From the NCBI GenBank assembly GCA_903911825.1, contig CAIWFB010000194.1, positions 2,070-66,069 of the forward strand: 64,000 bases of DNA, written 5' to 3'. Each line of letters starts with the position of its first letter. Positions within the stretch are counted from its first letter, which is position 1. Shown piece by piece: positions 26,336-36,970 of the stretch. The translations under genes were made by a program, and so were the position numbers. The notes under the pieces were generated by a model. It had not been told where the DNA came from. It worked only from the letters and a program-made list of their open reading frames with translations, and did no database searches. The stretch comes from an uncultured Verrucomicrobia subdivision 3 bacterium. Lineage in GTDB: Bacteria; Verrucomicrobiota; Verrucomicrobiia; Limisphaerales; UBA11358.

Positions 26336-28561
26336 TTATTTTTCAGGTGCGGGCAGAGGAGCTCCGGAGAGTTTATCCAATTGTTTACGAATGGATTCGG
26401 CCTGCGGTTGCAAGCGCAATGCCGCTTCGAGATACGCCACCGCCTGTGTGTGGGCCAGATTTTTTTCGAGAGACGAATCTTGGAGCACGCAATTCGCGAG
26501 CCCGACGAGGGCAGCGGGATTATTCGGCTGCAGACAAAGCGCAAGTCGGAGATGGCGCGCCACGCCAGCGGCATCGCCATTTTTGGCGTAATTCTTCGCC
26601 CAATTTTGCTGCAAATCACTGGTCACTTCGGCAGCGGATAATTTCCGCGCCGACCACACGCCCACGAAAGCACTCAGGCTAACAATCACGGCCAATAGTA
26701 AAAACACCTGATCAGCCGCCGGTGAATATTTTCGCCAGAGCCAGCCGCTCAGCGCTAGACCGACGAACAAATCGAGGCCGACAATCAATAAGTTGACGCC
26801 CTGATTGATCAAGCCGCGCGCCCACGCGCCCAGCCGTCCGAGTTCCTTGATTTCACCAACCGCGAGCCACGCGGTCGGACTATGGTCCGAAACTGCGACG
26901 TGAAAGGATTCCGCAGGCGCATCGAGAACGAGGGTTTGCCAGCGACCAAATTCTGAAGGGCGCACGGCGGTAGTATGTCCGGACGCGGTGACGAGTTGAA
27001 TTTTTAAATCGGGCGTTTCGTCGCTGAATAAAACCGGCAGCATGATTTTGGGAAAGGTTGGCGCGATGTTTTGACTGGAAAATTCTCCCGTGGCGGCGGC
27101 ACGGTTGGTCGCAAAGCTACCCCACGTTTGGGTGAATTCGGGCAGAGGTTTTTCCAGCGCAAATCCGTCGGCAATAAAGACAGAATCGGCGCGGACATTT
27201 TCCAACTTAACCGGCGCGTGCGCAGCAGGCGGCATGGCGGACTGTAATTTAGGCTGACGCAAAATTTCAACCAACCAACCGGGGTTCCAGTAGGGCACGG
27301 CCAAGGCAGCTTTGCCGAGCAGGTGGGCGGCGTCATCGGTGGCCAGAAAGGCGCGGACGTTTTCTTCTTCCAACAAGCTCCACATCCGGTTGGCTTGGAG
27401 ATAATTTTCGTCGGTCTTGACGCCGATGGTGCCCCACGAAATTTGCCACAGGCCGCCCATCAAAATAGCGACCCAACCAATAATAAAACATTTCAGCAAC
27501 GGTTGCGACAGACGGCGAAAATCCATTTTCTCAGGCAAAATAAAGAGGCTGGCGATACTCGCCAATAGCACCACACTCAACGTATCGCCATAGCGACTGC
27601 TAACGCCAAGGTGCGTGCGCGCATAGGCGAGCCCGGCGGATTGCAATAATCCCCAGAAAGCGAAAGTTAAAATAAATTCGGCCGCACGCGGGTCTTGAAA
27701 ATCGTCACGAAAATATTTGATCAGCGTGAGTAGAAGCGGCAAACAAACCAACACTAGCATCGCGGGATATTCCTGAAACGGCCACGCGAGGTTACCGGCC
27801 AGAGCCGTCACAAAATCAGCAATGGAATGAGCGCGAAAAGGTTTGTCCTGCTCGGCAGTGACATTCAGCAAAAGGCCAACGCCAAAAATAATCAGGCAAC
27901 AAACCAACGTGACAATTTCGGAGCGGGCCAACTTCCGGTGCTTGAGCAGTCGCAGAATCAGCAGGCCGATGACCGCCAAGGCGGCCAGCATTCCCGAACC
28001 CATCGCAAACAACGAAAAAATAGCCGCAATCAAACCGACAATCCACCGCCGACTCCCGGAAACGGCGAAACTTAACCCCACGATCGCGACCAAGGCAAAA
28101 GCGTTCAGGAAATACATCTGTGATTGAAAACCGTGCAGCGTATTTTCAGCCGCGAAGGGAAAGGCGAAAAAGGGCGCGAGGAGGAGACAGATGAGTGGCG
28201 CGTTTTTTCGGCCCAGAAAAATCCAGAGCGCGTAAGCCAGCCCGCAAGCGTAGCTGGCGTGGAGCGCGGCATTAACGACCATCTGAAGGAGCGGATCCCA
28301 TTGGCCATTCAGCCACAGTTCGGCTAAGTCCAAAATGCGCGTGAAGAAAATCCGGTGTTCGTTGTGCGGCTCAAACAACGCCCCCCAAGTCAATTTACCT
28401 TCGAGCCATGGCTGAATGAGGCGGCGGGCTTCGTCCCATTGATCCCAATATGGCAATCCGCTGGCGTAAATCTGGATCAGCCACAGCTTCGCGCCGAAGA
28501 CGGTGAGGAAGAGCGCGCTTAACCAAGCCATCAGCCGCCAGCGTGAAGAGTTCCAATTCAT
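26336..28561 (-). CDS. Large polytopic membrane protein with C-terminal TPR region (function unknown; possibly glycosyltransferase-like)
   Basis: It has more than 12 predicted TM helices and a conserved-looking N-terminal loop (YWDQWDEARRL...PHNEHRIFFTR). A periplasmic segment follows, then one more TM and a TPR-like C-terminus. I set the start at the ATG at 28561; the track ORF extends to 28654. Confidence 0.65.
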   Translation of the reverse strand: MNWNSSRWRLMAWLSALFLTVFGAKLWLIQIYASGLPYWDQWDEARRLIQPWLEGKLTWGALFEPHNEHRIFFTRILDLAELWLNGQWDPLLQMVVNAALHASYACGLAYALWIFLGRKNAPLICLLLAPFFAFPFAAENTLHGFQSQMYFLNAFALVAIVGLSFAVSGSRRWIVGLIAAIFSLFAMGSGMLAALAVIGLLILRLLKHRKLARSEIVTLVCCLIIFGVGLLLNVTAEQDKPFRAHSIADFVTALAGNLAWPFQEYPAMLVLVCLPLLLTLIKYFRDDFQDPRAAEFILTFAFWGLLQSAGLAYARTHLGVSSRYGDTLSVVLLASIASLFILPEKMDFRRLSQPLLKCFIIGWVAILMGGLWQISWGTIGVKTDENYLQANRMWSLLEEENVRAFLATDDAAHLLGKAALAVPYWNPGWLVEILRQPKLQSAMPPAAHAPVKLENVRADSVFIADGFALEKPLPEFTQTWGSFATNRAAATGEFSSQNIAPTFPKIMLPVLFSDETPDLKIQLVTASGHTTAVRPSEFGRWQTLVLDAPAESFHVAVSDHSPTAWLAVGEIKELGRLGAWARGLINQGVNLLIVGLDLFVGLALSGWLWRKYSPAADQVFLLLAVIVSLSAFVGVWSARKLSAAEVTSDLQQNWAKNYAKNGDAAGVARHLRLALCLQPNNPAALVGLANCVLQDSSLEKNLAHTQAVAYLEAALRLQPQAESIRKQLDKLSGAPLPAPEK

Positions 28562-28676
28562 TTTTCCAAGCGGTGAGGCTATGGCGAATTTGCCCACGCG
28601 CAAGCTGGAATTAGCGCGGGCGATTTTGTCCACGGCACGGCGAGCACTTCTCACCGGCCGTCAGACGGTCCCAAAA

Positions 28677-29003
28677 TTATTTTTTCAACGTGCGCAGGTA
28701 AGCAACGGTAGCCTTGATGTCCTCATCGCTCATCTTTTCGCCAAAGGGACGCATCTTGGTTTTGCCATCTTCCGATAGACCTTCTTTCACGGATTTAAAC
28801 GCCTTGGCATCGTCACAGGCGTCCTGAACCTTGGCGTCGCTATAATCTTTGACGCCGACTTTTTGCCCCATCTTGGTTTCGCCCCTGCCATCTTTACCAT
28901 GGCAATTAGCACAGTGTTCACTCCAGAGCGCATTACCGTCAGCGGCTCCGGCGAATGTGATGCCGCAACCGAGTGCCAGAATCATTAGTATATTTTTTTT
29001 CAT
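28677..29003 (-). CDS. Small class-I c-type cytochrome
   Basis: It has a signal peptide, the heme motif CANCHG and a distal Met region (KMRPFGEKM). The length is 108 aa. Confidence 0.85.
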   Translation of the reverse strand: MKKNILMILALGCGITFAGAADGNALWSEHCANCHGKDGRGETKMGQKVGVKDYSDAKVQDACDDAKAFKSVKEGLSEDGKTKMRPFGEKMSDEDIKATVAYLRTLKK

Positions 29004-29154
29004 GCGCTTAATTTATTAGCAATCGGATTTTTGTGCCTCGATTTTTTTGGTGTTTGTTGGGCGTTTTTGGTTGCGGAAAACAGAAATAATTTGCGCAGCG
29101 AATGGCAATTTTTGCTTAAGCACCGGGTAGTTTTGGTCGTTAGTCACGGCGGAG

Positions 29155-30114
29155 GTGTCATCCGTTTTGGTCGCCACGCTTCCCATCATGGTTGGACGTA
29201 AAATTGTTGCCGAATCATTTCTCGCCGCGCACCCCGCTAAACGCTGGGTGCATGACCGCACTGTCGAATTATTGACCTCGGAAACGGTGGTGCCCGCATT
29301 TTCTGCCGTGGTGACCAAGCTCACGACGATGACACGCGATGAATCCATAGACTTGGACGACTTCGCCGATTTAGTGGCACTGGATCAAGGACTTTCGACA
29401 CGTTGTCTGCGGGCGGCCAATGCGCCCAGCCGCGGCGGTCAAGCCATCAGCAATATCCAAGAAGCGCTCTTCCTCATCGGCCTGAAAGAAATGCGGCGCA
29501 TCGCCTTGACGGTCGGCGTCATGGATAATTTCAATCATCTCCGCATCAAAATTAATTGGCGGAAATTCTGGCTACACAGCGTTTTGGTCGCACGCTTGAC
29601 GGATAAATTAGCGGGCGCCTTCCGCGAGGTGAATGGGATGGAATATCTGGCCGGGCTGATGCACGACATCGGCAAATTGATTTTGGAACACTACTTTCCC
29701 CGTGAGTTTGAGGCCATCGTTCTGCGCTCGATGGAACGGCGCTGTGGTCACGCCACCGCTGAATTTGATTTGTTGGGCCTCGATCACGCCTGTATCGGGG
29801 CGGCGCTGTGTCAGACGCTGCATGTCCACCCGCACATTGTGCATGCCGTGCAATTTCACCACCAACCCATTCACCCCGCGCACACCGGCAATCCCGAAGG
29901 CGATGGCGGCTTTCTTTCCGCCTGCATCAGCGTCGCTGACTTTTTGGCGAACCTGCGCGAAATCAACATCGGCGGCCAAAAAGAACTCGCCTATAAACTG
30001 GAGGACTTACCGGAATGGAATTACCTCACTGAATTTTTTGATTGTCGCGGCCTCGCTCTAGACTTGGACGAAGAAATTGAACTCGCCGAGCAAGAAATCA
30101 GCTCCATTACCTAA
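29155..30114 (+). CDS. HDOD-domain signalling protein
   Basis: The HDOD pattern is present (LDDFADLVALDQGLSTRCLRAANAP..., LAGLMHDIGKLIL, H..GLDHACIGAAL). The track start is a GTG at 29155; an ATG at 29188 is an alternative. Confidence 0.8.
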   Translation: MSSVLVATLPIMVGRKIVAESFLAAHPAKRWVHDRTVELLTSETVVPAFSAVVTKLTTMTRDESIDLDDFADLVALDQGLSTRCLRAANAPSRGGQAISNIQEALFLIGLKEMRRIALTVGVMDNFNHLRIKINWRKFWLHSVLVARLTDKLAGAFREVNGMEYLAGLMHDIGKLILEHYFPREFEAIVLRSMERRCGHATAEFDLLGLDHACIGAALCQTLHVHPHIVHAVQFHHQPIHPAHTGNPEGDGGFLSACISVADFLANLREINIGGQKELAYKLEDLPEWNYLTEFFDCRGLALDLDEEIELAEQEISSIT

Positions 30115-30178
30115 AACATCGCGTTGAACGGATTGACAACGTGCGTCGGTCATGGCTTACTGTGCGGCCTTAACGGTT

Positions 30179-30264
30179 GGTAGGTTATCCAAGTGGCTAA
30201 AGGGTGCAGACTGTAAATCTGTCGGCTAACGCCTTCAATGGTTCGAATCCATTACCTACCACCA
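30179..30264 (+). tRNA. tRNA-Tyr (anticodon GTA), long variable arm, CCA encoded
   Basis: It folds by hand as acceptor GGTAGGT/ACCTACC, anticodon stem CAGAC/GTCTG-like (CAGAC TGTAAAT CTGTC), a 13-nt variable arm and T-arm AATGG TTCGAAT CCATT. It is nearly colinear with E. coli tRNA-Tyr. Confidence 0.9.
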
Positions 30265-30286
30265 CCTTTATTTCTGCGGAGCTAGT

Positions 30287-32233
30287 TTATTCCTCTTCGC
30301 GACCCGCACCACAGCTCGTAGCCGAAGTTTCAGTCTGGGTTTTTGCCAAACCACCGCGCTTCAGCCACACGATCAAAATACTGATGTCCGCCGGCGACAC
30401 TCCCGAAATGCGCGCCGCCTGCCCCACCGTTGCCGGGCGAATTTTAATCAATTTCTGCCGCGCCTCGTGCCGCAAACTCGGCACGGTCGAAAAATCAAAG
30501 CTTTCAGGAATGCCTTTATCCTCCAGCCCCTTGAACTTTTCTACTTCCATCTCCTGACGATCAATATAGCCAGCGTATTTAATCGCAATCTCCACCTGTT
30601 GAACCACTTCTTCCGAAAGCGCCGCGTTTTTATCGCCTAAATTGTGGTAGGCAATTTCTGGTCGCGCGAGCATTTTTGCCAACGAGCCATCTTTGGTATA
30701 CGTTGACCTTAAACGGCTTATCTCGTTTTCAATCGCCAACTCTTTAGTCTTGAACTTTAGATAGTTATGCTTCGGCAACAGGCCGATTTCATGTCCAATC
30801 TCCGACAGACGTAGGTCGGCATTATCCTGACGCAGTAAAAGACGATATTCCGCCCGCGATGTGAACATCCGATAAGGCTCGTTTGTGCCTTTCGTGATGA
30901 GATCATCAATTAAAACTCCGATATAAGCTTGATTGCGACCCAACACAATCGCGTCCCGCTTTTGCACGCGGCGAGCGGCATTGATACCCGCCATCAAACC
31001 TTGTGCCCCCGCCTCTTCGTAACCTGAAGTGCCGTTAATCTGCCCGGCGAGAAACAGATTTTGACAAACCTTGGTTTCAAGCGACGGATGCAATTGGCTC
31101 GGGAAAGCAAAATCATATTCCACCGCGTAAGCTGGCCGCATAATTTCTGCCTGCTCGCAGCCGATGATGGAGCGCACCAGATCAATCTGCACCTCAAACG
31201 GCAAGCTCGTGGAAAAGCCGTTCACATAATACTCATCTGTTTCGATACCTTCCGGCTCTAGAAAAATTTGATGGCGGTCTTTCTCCGCAAATTTGACGAT
31301 TTTATCCTCAATTGAAGGGCAGTAACGCGGTCCGACCCCCTCAATCACGCCAGAATACATCGGCGATTTATGCAGATTCGCTCGAATAATCTCAGCCGTC
31401 TTCTCGGTTGTATAAGTAACATGACACGCCATCTGTCCGTTAATCCGGTCTAAAACAGAGTTCGGCGGATACTTTCCGCCTGAATAGCCCTGCTTTGGTG
31501 TTTTGACGTCCAAATGTTCCATGTGGAACAAATCATCCTTCCAAAAAGTGAAATACGGAACCGGATCGTCACCATACTGGGCTTCGAGGCTAGAAAAATT
31601 AATAGTCTTTCGTAGGAGGCGGGGCGGGGTTCCGGTCTTAAGCCGTCCCAATTCGAGCCCAAGCTCTTTGAGTGAGCCAGAAAGGTTCATTGCCGCCGCA
31701 TCACCTGCGCGTCCGCCAGTTTGCTGATTGGAGCCGATGTGCATTAACCCCCGAAGAAATGTTCCGGTGGTGATAACAATGGTTGTGGCGAGATATTGAA
31801 CTTCCAGCGTGGTCTCAATCCCGAATGCGATGCCGTCCTTGTGCAAAATTTTACTCGACTGCCCCTGCTTGATGTCCAGATTGGCGTGCGATTCGCAAAC
31901 CCATTTCATCCGAAATTGATAGGCCTTTTTATCGCACTGTGCGCGCGGCGCCCAAACTGCCGGACCTTTTTTGGTGTTCAGCATCCGAAATTGAATCCCG
32001 GACATATCGGTGCATTTACCCATTTCACCACCTAAAGCATCGATTTCGCGTGCTAAATGACCTTTTGCCAAGCCGCCAATTGCCGGATTGCATGACATTT
32101 GGCCGATGGAATCCGCATTAATCGTCAGCAGCAAGGTCTGGCAACCCATTCGCGCCGCCGCCAAAGCCGCCTCGACGCCTGCGTGGCCGGCGCCAACCAC
32201 GATGACGTCATATTGTTTGGGATAAACGAACAT
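30287..32233 (-). CDS. mnmG: tRNA uridine 5-carboxymethylaminomethyl modification enzyme MnmG (GidA)
   Basis: The N-terminal FAD motif is YDVIVVGAGHAGVEAA. MnmG blocks are conserved throughout (MSCNPAIGG, GPRYCPSIEDK, GQINGTSGYEEA). Confidence 0.95.
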   Translation of the reverse strand: MFVYPKQYDVIVVGAGHAGVEAALAAARMGCQTLLLTINADSIGQMSCNPAIGGLAKGHLAREIDALGGEMGKCTDMSGIQFRMLNTKKGPAVWAPRAQCDKKAYQFRMKWVCESHANLDIKQGQSSKILHKDGIAFGIETTLEVQYLATTIVITTGTFLRGLMHIGSNQQTGGRAGDAAAMNLSGSLKELGLELGRLKTGTPPRLLRKTINFSSLEAQYGDDPVPYFTFWKDDLFHMEHLDVKTPKQGYSGGKYPPNSVLDRINGQMACHVTYTTEKTAEIIRANLHKSPMYSGVIEGVGPRYCPSIEDKIVKFAEKDRHQIFLEPEGIETDEYYVNGFSTSLPFEVQIDLVRSIIGCEQAEIMRPAYAVEYDFAFPSQLHPSLETKVCQNLFLAGQINGTSGYEEAGAQGLMAGINAARRVQKRDAIVLGRNQAYIGVLIDDLITKGTNEPYRMFTSRAEYRLLLRQDNADLRLSEIGHEIGLLPKHNYLKFKTKELAIENEISRLRSTYTKDGSLAKMLARPEIAYHNLGDKNAALSEEVVQQVEIAIKYAGYIDRQEMEVEKFKGLEDKGIPESFDFSTVPSLRHEARQKLIKIRPATVGQAARISGVSPADISILIVWLKRGGLAKTQTETSATSCGAGREEE

Positions 32234-32237
32234 GAAA

Positions 32238-33833
32238 TTAAGCCCCGCCGTAAGTCGCCAGCAAGGGTGATACGCCCGCCACTTTTTTAACCTGATGCTG
32301 CGAATTGGCAGCCAGATGTTCGGAAATTTTGAAGATTAGCTCTAAATCCTGCTGGGCTTTCATTTCGCGGGCAATTTCTGCCAAGGAAAACTGTTTCTTC
32401 GGCTGGCTACTGAACAAAGAAAGAATAGCCAATTGCGTAGCGATCACATTGCCCGCCGCCTTTTTGCCGGCCTCCACGCCGGGTTGATGATAGGCGTTGA
32501 TGTTAATCAGATTCGCATACAATCCAACCGCACGCTCGAAAAGCGCAATCAGCAAGCCAACGCTGAAAGCGGAAACTTCATTGACCGTGATGGTGATCGA
32601 TTCGCGGCCACTTTCGGCCAGTGCTTGACGGGTGCCAAGATAGAACCCGTGTAAAAAATCACCCGAAGTGACTTTAGGCTCCACAAACAGACTGGTCAAC
32701 TTTTCGTCTTTCAAGACTTCCACGAAGGTCGCAAAGTAATCATTCAAACCGTCTCTAAGTTGTTGAATATATGAATGTTGGTCTGTTGCGCCCTTGTTTC
32801 CAAGAACGGTAATTCCTTGGTGAACGACATTTTTATTCAGATCCAATTCTTTACCCAGCGACTCCATGATGAGTTGTTGTAGATATTTTGAGAACAGTTC
32901 CAAGCGGTCTTTATAGGGCAAAACCACCATGTTTTTAAGACCCTTACCGTTACCGGCTGCAAACCAAGCTAGTGCAAGCTGCGCTGCGGGGTTGGTTTTG
33001 ACAGATTTAGTGCGAGTTGCCTGATCGCAAGCAGCGGCTCCAGCGAGTAGGCCGTCCAAATCAAAACCTTGCAGTGCGGCAGGCAACAAGCCGACGGCAG
33101 ATAGTTCGCTGGTGCGGCCGCCGACCCAATCCCACATCGGAAAATGTTCAATCCATTTTCCGGCGCTGGCATATTTAGAGAGATCGCTGCCCGCCATGGT
33201 CACCGCCACGGCGTGTGCGCCAAAAGATAAGCCCGCTTTATCGTAGGCGGTTTGCGCGACCAACATGCCGTTCCGCGTTTCTTTGGTTCCGCCTGATTTT
33301 GAAATCACAATCGTTAACGTGCGGCCCAAATCAGCTCCAATCATCTCTAAAACGCGATTCATGCCGTCCGGATCGGTGTTATCAAAGAAAAAGGGCTTTA
33401 ATTTATCCGTGGACGGCGAACTCAACGCATTAGCGACAAATTGCGGGCCGAGGGCGGATCCGCCAATGCCGATGAGTAAGAAGTTTTTGTAAACGCCACC
33501 TGAACCACGTAAATCACCGCTATGAATTTTGGCGGCGAAGGCTTTAATTTTGGCGAGCGCATCTTGAATTTCGCGGGCAATTTCAGCCGTCGGAGCCAGC
33601 GCCGCCTGGCGCAGCCAATAATGCCCCACCATCCGATTTTCATCCGGATTTGCAATGGCGCCTTTTTCGAGCGCGTCCATATCGGCGAACGCCTTTTGGA
33701 TTTTGGACTCCATGCCAGCGAAAAAGGCCTCGTCCACATTCATCCGGCTCAAGTCCACGGCGATTCCGAGCTCAGGAAATTCCGTGTAAAATTTTTGAAA
33801 GCGCTCCCAGCTCTGCGATTTGGTGAAGTTCAT
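32238..33833 (-). CDS. pgi: Glucose-6-phosphate isomerase
   Basis: The 531-aa product has PGI signatures ([46 protein letters not shown]). Confidence 0.93.
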   Translation of the reverse strand: MNFTKSQSWERFQKFYTEFPELGIAVDLSRMNVDEAFFAGMESKIQKAFADMDALEKGAIANPDENRMVGHYWLRQAALAPTAEIAREIQDALAKIKAFAAKIHSGDLRGSGGVYKNFLLIGIGGSALGPQFVANALSSPSTDKLKPFFFDNTDPDGMNRVLEMIGADLGRTLTIVISKSGGTKETRNGMLVAQTAYDKAGLSFGAHAVAVTMAGSDLSKYASAGKWIEHFPMWDWVGGRTSELSAVGLLPAALQGFDLDGLLAGAAACDQATRTKSVKTNPAAQLALAWFAAGNGKGLKNMVVLPYKDRLELFSKYLQQLIMESLGKELDLNKNVVHQGITVLGNKGATDQHSYIQQLRDGLNDYFATFVEVLKDEKLTSLFVEPKVTSGDFLHGFYLGTRQALAESGRESITITVNEVSAFSVGLLIALFERAVGLYANLININAYHQPGVEAGKKAAGNVIATQLAILSLFSSQPKKQFSLAEIAREMKAQQDLELIFKISEHLAANSQHQVKKVAGVSPLLATYGGA

Positions 33834-33929
33834 AAATGTCAGGGTGCGATTGAATGATTTTGCCGGAAGCGCGGCAAGAAAAATTCCCGACGGAAGAACT
33901 GTGGGCGAACGGAAGCGAACGAGGAAAAT

Positions 33930-35651
33930 TTATTTGACCGGCAACAAGATCCGCATCGTCGTGCCCCGGCCCATGCGCGAAAGAATTTTGATCTGGCCGT
34001 GATGCGTTTCGATAATCCGCCCGACAATCGCAAGTCCGAGACCGGAACCTTTCGCCTTGGTCGTTGCGAGCACGGCTTTGAACGCGCGCTTCTGTTGTTC
34101 TGGCGTCATGCCGCCGCCGGTGTCTTTGAACTCCACCGCCACATGCGTCGGTTTTTCACCAACACAAATCACGCGGGAACGAACCGTCAGCGTGCCGCCG
34201 CCCGCCATCGCTTCAGTCGCGTTGAGAATGAGATTGAGAAAGGCCTGTTCCAATTGCGGCGCATCACCCAGCACCAACGGTAAATCCTCCGCCAGATCGC
34301 GGACAAGTTTGATGCTTTGATTTGACAGCTTATGTCGCACCAGTAAACCAAGTTCGTCGACCAACTCATTCAAACTCACCGGCGCAAGATTCGGTTCCGT
34401 CGTGCGCGCAAAATCCAAAATCTGCTCCACGATTTTATTCAGGTGCTCAATTTTGGATTCGATGATCTGCGAATCTTTCGCGCGCGGATCGTTGGCGGCA
34501 AATTTCAAATCCAGCGAGTGATATAACAGTTTCATCACCGTGAGCGGATTGCGAATTTCGTGGGCCACTTCTGCCGCGAGCAAACCGAGCGCGGAAAGTT
34601 TTTCGTTTTGCCGCAATTGTTCTTCCACGTCCACAATCCGTTCGTAGAGCCGGGCCTTCTCAATGGCAATCGCGGAAAGCTCGGCGAGCGCGGATAGAAT
34701 TTTTATTTCCTCGTTAGAAAAATTGTAAGGCCGCGCCGTATAAACATTCAACGTGCCGATCGCTTGCCCGCAAAAAATCAGCGGCACACTCAGAAGCGAT
34801 ACTAAGTTTTCGCTGCGCGCAAGTTCTACATTCTGATAACGCGAGTCCGATTGAACGTTGGCGACTTGTAGCGCTTTCTTGCGCCGCAGCACCACGCCGA
34901 GCAAGCTTTCGCCCAATGATAGACGCGGTTTTTTGATGTAGGCATCGCCCGCGCCAAAACTTGCACGCAAGTCCAGCCACTCGCGTGAATCGTCCAGCAG
35001 CATCAACGAACACATCCGCGCGCGCATCAGTTCGCACGCCTCTTTAGTGATGGCGCGCAACGCTTCATCCAAATTCAAAGTGGAATTGATCGTGCGACTC
35101 ACGCTCGACAACGACTCGAACAACATCACTTTCAACCGCAGTTGTTCGTAGAGCCAGGTATTATGAATCACCTTCGCCGCGAGCAGCGCCAGTTCTTCCA
35201 GCAATTCTAAATCATCCTTGGAAAAGGCATTCGTGCGCTCGGAATCGACGTTGATGACGCCACGCACTTCGCCTTGCACTTCGAGCGGCACGGCGAGCTC
35301 GGAGCGCACCACATGGCGCACGCTGACGTAGCGTTTGTCGAGCAACACATCGCCGACGAGCGCCGGCTTGCCGGTTTGCGCCACCCAACCCGTGATGCCT
35401 TCGCCCACGCGCAATTTCAATTTTCGCGCCGTGGAGGAGAGATTGTGCGCCGCGTGGATCTCCAAAAAGTTGGTCGTGGGATTGATGAGCACCAGCGAGC
35501 CGGACGACGCGCGCATCACGCGCACCGCTTCGCTCACGATGAGGTGCAGCGCCTCCTGCGAATCCAAAGTGGAGTGAATGACTTTGCTGACTTGATACAG
35601 CAAACTCAAACGCTCCGGCGTCAGATTGGATTTGGAAATTTCCTCGCTCAC
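33930..35651 (-). CDS. Cytoplasmic sensor histidine kinase with two GAF domains
   Basis: Two GAF-like blocks are followed by an H-box (LAAEVAHEIRNPLT) and a HATPase domain (DTGGGM, GSGLGLAIV). Confidence 0.88.
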   Translation of the reverse strand: MSEEISKSNLTPERLSLLYQVSKVIHSTLDSQEALHLIVSEAVRVMRASSGSLVLINPTTNFLEIHAAHNLSSTARKLKLRVGEGITGWVAQTGKPALVGDVLLDKRYVSVRHVVRSELAVPLEVQGEVRGVINVDSERTNAFSKDDLELLEELALLAAKVIHNTWLYEQLRLKVMLFESLSSVSRTINSTLNLDEALRAITKEACELMRARMCSLMLLDDSREWLDLRASFGAGDAYIKKPRLSLGESLLGVVLRRKKALQVANVQSDSRYQNVELARSENLVSLLSVPLIFCGQAIGTLNVYTARPYNFSNEEIKILSALAELSAIAIEKARLYERIVDVEEQLRQNEKLSALGLLAAEVAHEIRNPLTVMKLLYHSLDLKFAANDPRAKDSQIIESKIEHLNKIVEQILDFARTTEPNLAPVSLNELVDELGLLVRHKLSNQSIKLVRDLAEDLPLVLGDAPQLEQAFLNLILNATEAMAGGGTLTVRSRVICVGEKPTHVAVEFKDTGGGMTPEQQKRAFKAVLATTKAKGSGLGLAIVGRIIETHHGQIKILSRMGRGTTMRILLPVK

Positions 35652-35671
35652 TTGGTTCTGAAACTAACGAC

Positions 35672-36802
35672 TCACCTCACTCGTGCCGTCAAGACTACTC
35701 CAGCCACCGCAAAAATCAAATTCGGCAACCACGCCGCCAGCCAGCCCGGCAGATGTCCGCCCATACCGAACGCCAGACTCACCGATTGCAAAACGAAAAA
35801 GCCGAAGCAGATGAAAATGCTGCCCGCCACGCCGAAAAATAAATTCCGCCGCCCCGATTGCGCGCCGAATGGAATCGCCATGAGCACCACGATAAAGCAC
35901 GTCCACGGCGCGGCGAGCCGGGCGTGAAATTTCGTGAGCAGGCGCGCGCCTTTCTGGCCCTTCAGATCTGGATTCTCTTTGAGATACGGCCACAGTTCAG
36001 ACAACGGAATATCCGCGTTGCGCGAGGCGAGCAAACCGTCCGTCTCGCTAAATTTTATTTCCAACAAAATCTGCGACGGCGTTTCGACGAACTCCGGCAT
36101 CGCGATTTCGTTCGTGGAAAATTGCGGCGTCAGCCGACCGCTTTTGCCGGTCTGCGCGAAGAATTGCACCTTGGAAAAGGTCCACGCGCCATTCGTCCAC
36201 ACCCCGCGCTCCGCCAGCAGCCCGCGCCAGGAACCGTCCGGCAACGTCCACGTGGCATTCGGGTTGATCATCGTGGTCGTTTTTGCATCGTATTGATTCA
36301 TCACCCACAGCCGGTTCACGCGCGCGAGCAAAAAGCGCACATCGGTGAACACGGTTTTATTTTTGCTGTGCTTGGCAGGCTCGGGATTTTGAACGTAACG
36401 ATTCAAAATCTCCGCCGCCGACCGCGTGCCCCACGGCACCGCGAATTCGTTCAACACGAAATAAACTCCCGTCGCCAACAGCCCCACCACGAAATACGGC
36501 GCGCACAACCGCCACAAGCTGATGCCCGCCGCGCGCAGCGCCGTGAGCTCGTTACTTTTGGCGTGTTGCGTCAGCGCGTAGAGCAGGGCCAGCAGCAGCG
36601 CGATGGGCAACACCATCACAAAAAATTCCGGCGCTTTGGCGGAGGCATATTCCACCGTGTCGCCAAAATGCAATTTAGCATCGCGCAGATGTTCCAGCTC
36701 GGTGAAAAAGAAGAAGGACAACCAGAACACGAAAAAAGCGCCGAGGCAGAAAGCCAGCGGCGTGATTAATTCGCGGAACAAGTATCGGTCGTGCAACCGC
36801 AT
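35672..36802 (-). CDS. LptF/LptG-family LPS export permease
   Basis: The N-terminus MRLHDRYLFRELITPLAFCL is typical of YjgP/YjgQ. It has 6 TM helices with a large periplasmic loop. The length is 376 aa. Confidence 0.85.
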   Translation of the reverse strand: MRLHDRYLFRELITPLAFCLGAFFVFWLSFFFFTELEHLRDAKLHFGDTVEYASAKAPEFFVMVLPIALLLALLYALTQHAKSNELTALRAAGISLWRLCAPYFVVGLLATGVYFVLNEFAVPWGTRSAAEILNRYVQNPEPAKHSKNKTVFTDVRFLLARVNRLWVMNQYDAKTTTMINPNATWTLPDGSWRGLLAERGVWTNGAWTFSKVQFFAQTGKSGRLTPQFSTNEIAMPEFVETPSQILLEIKFSETDGLLASRNADIPLSELWPYLKENPDLKGQKGARLLTKFHARLAAPWTCFIVVLMAIPFGAQSGRRNLFFGVAGSIFICFGFFVLQSVSLAFGMGGHLPGWLAAWLPNLIFAVAGVVLTARVR

Positions 36803-36970
36803 TCGCGCAGGTTAAACGGCGCACGGGCGTTCTGCCAATGGAATTGATGCGCCGAACCAAAGCCGGATGACGCCGCCGAGCTGCGCCCGCAGATCGCATT
36901 AACTCATTTGGCTGCCACGGGAACAACCAGCACTGGCGCACGACGCCCACGCAACATCCAACGACAACTG

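Noticed and set aside
30115-30290. I considered whether the tRNA-Tyr is an integration hotspot for a genomic island.
   Set aside because: There is no integrase, no direct repeat of the tRNA 3-prime end, and no composition shift on either side. The flanking genes (HDOD, mnmG) look native.
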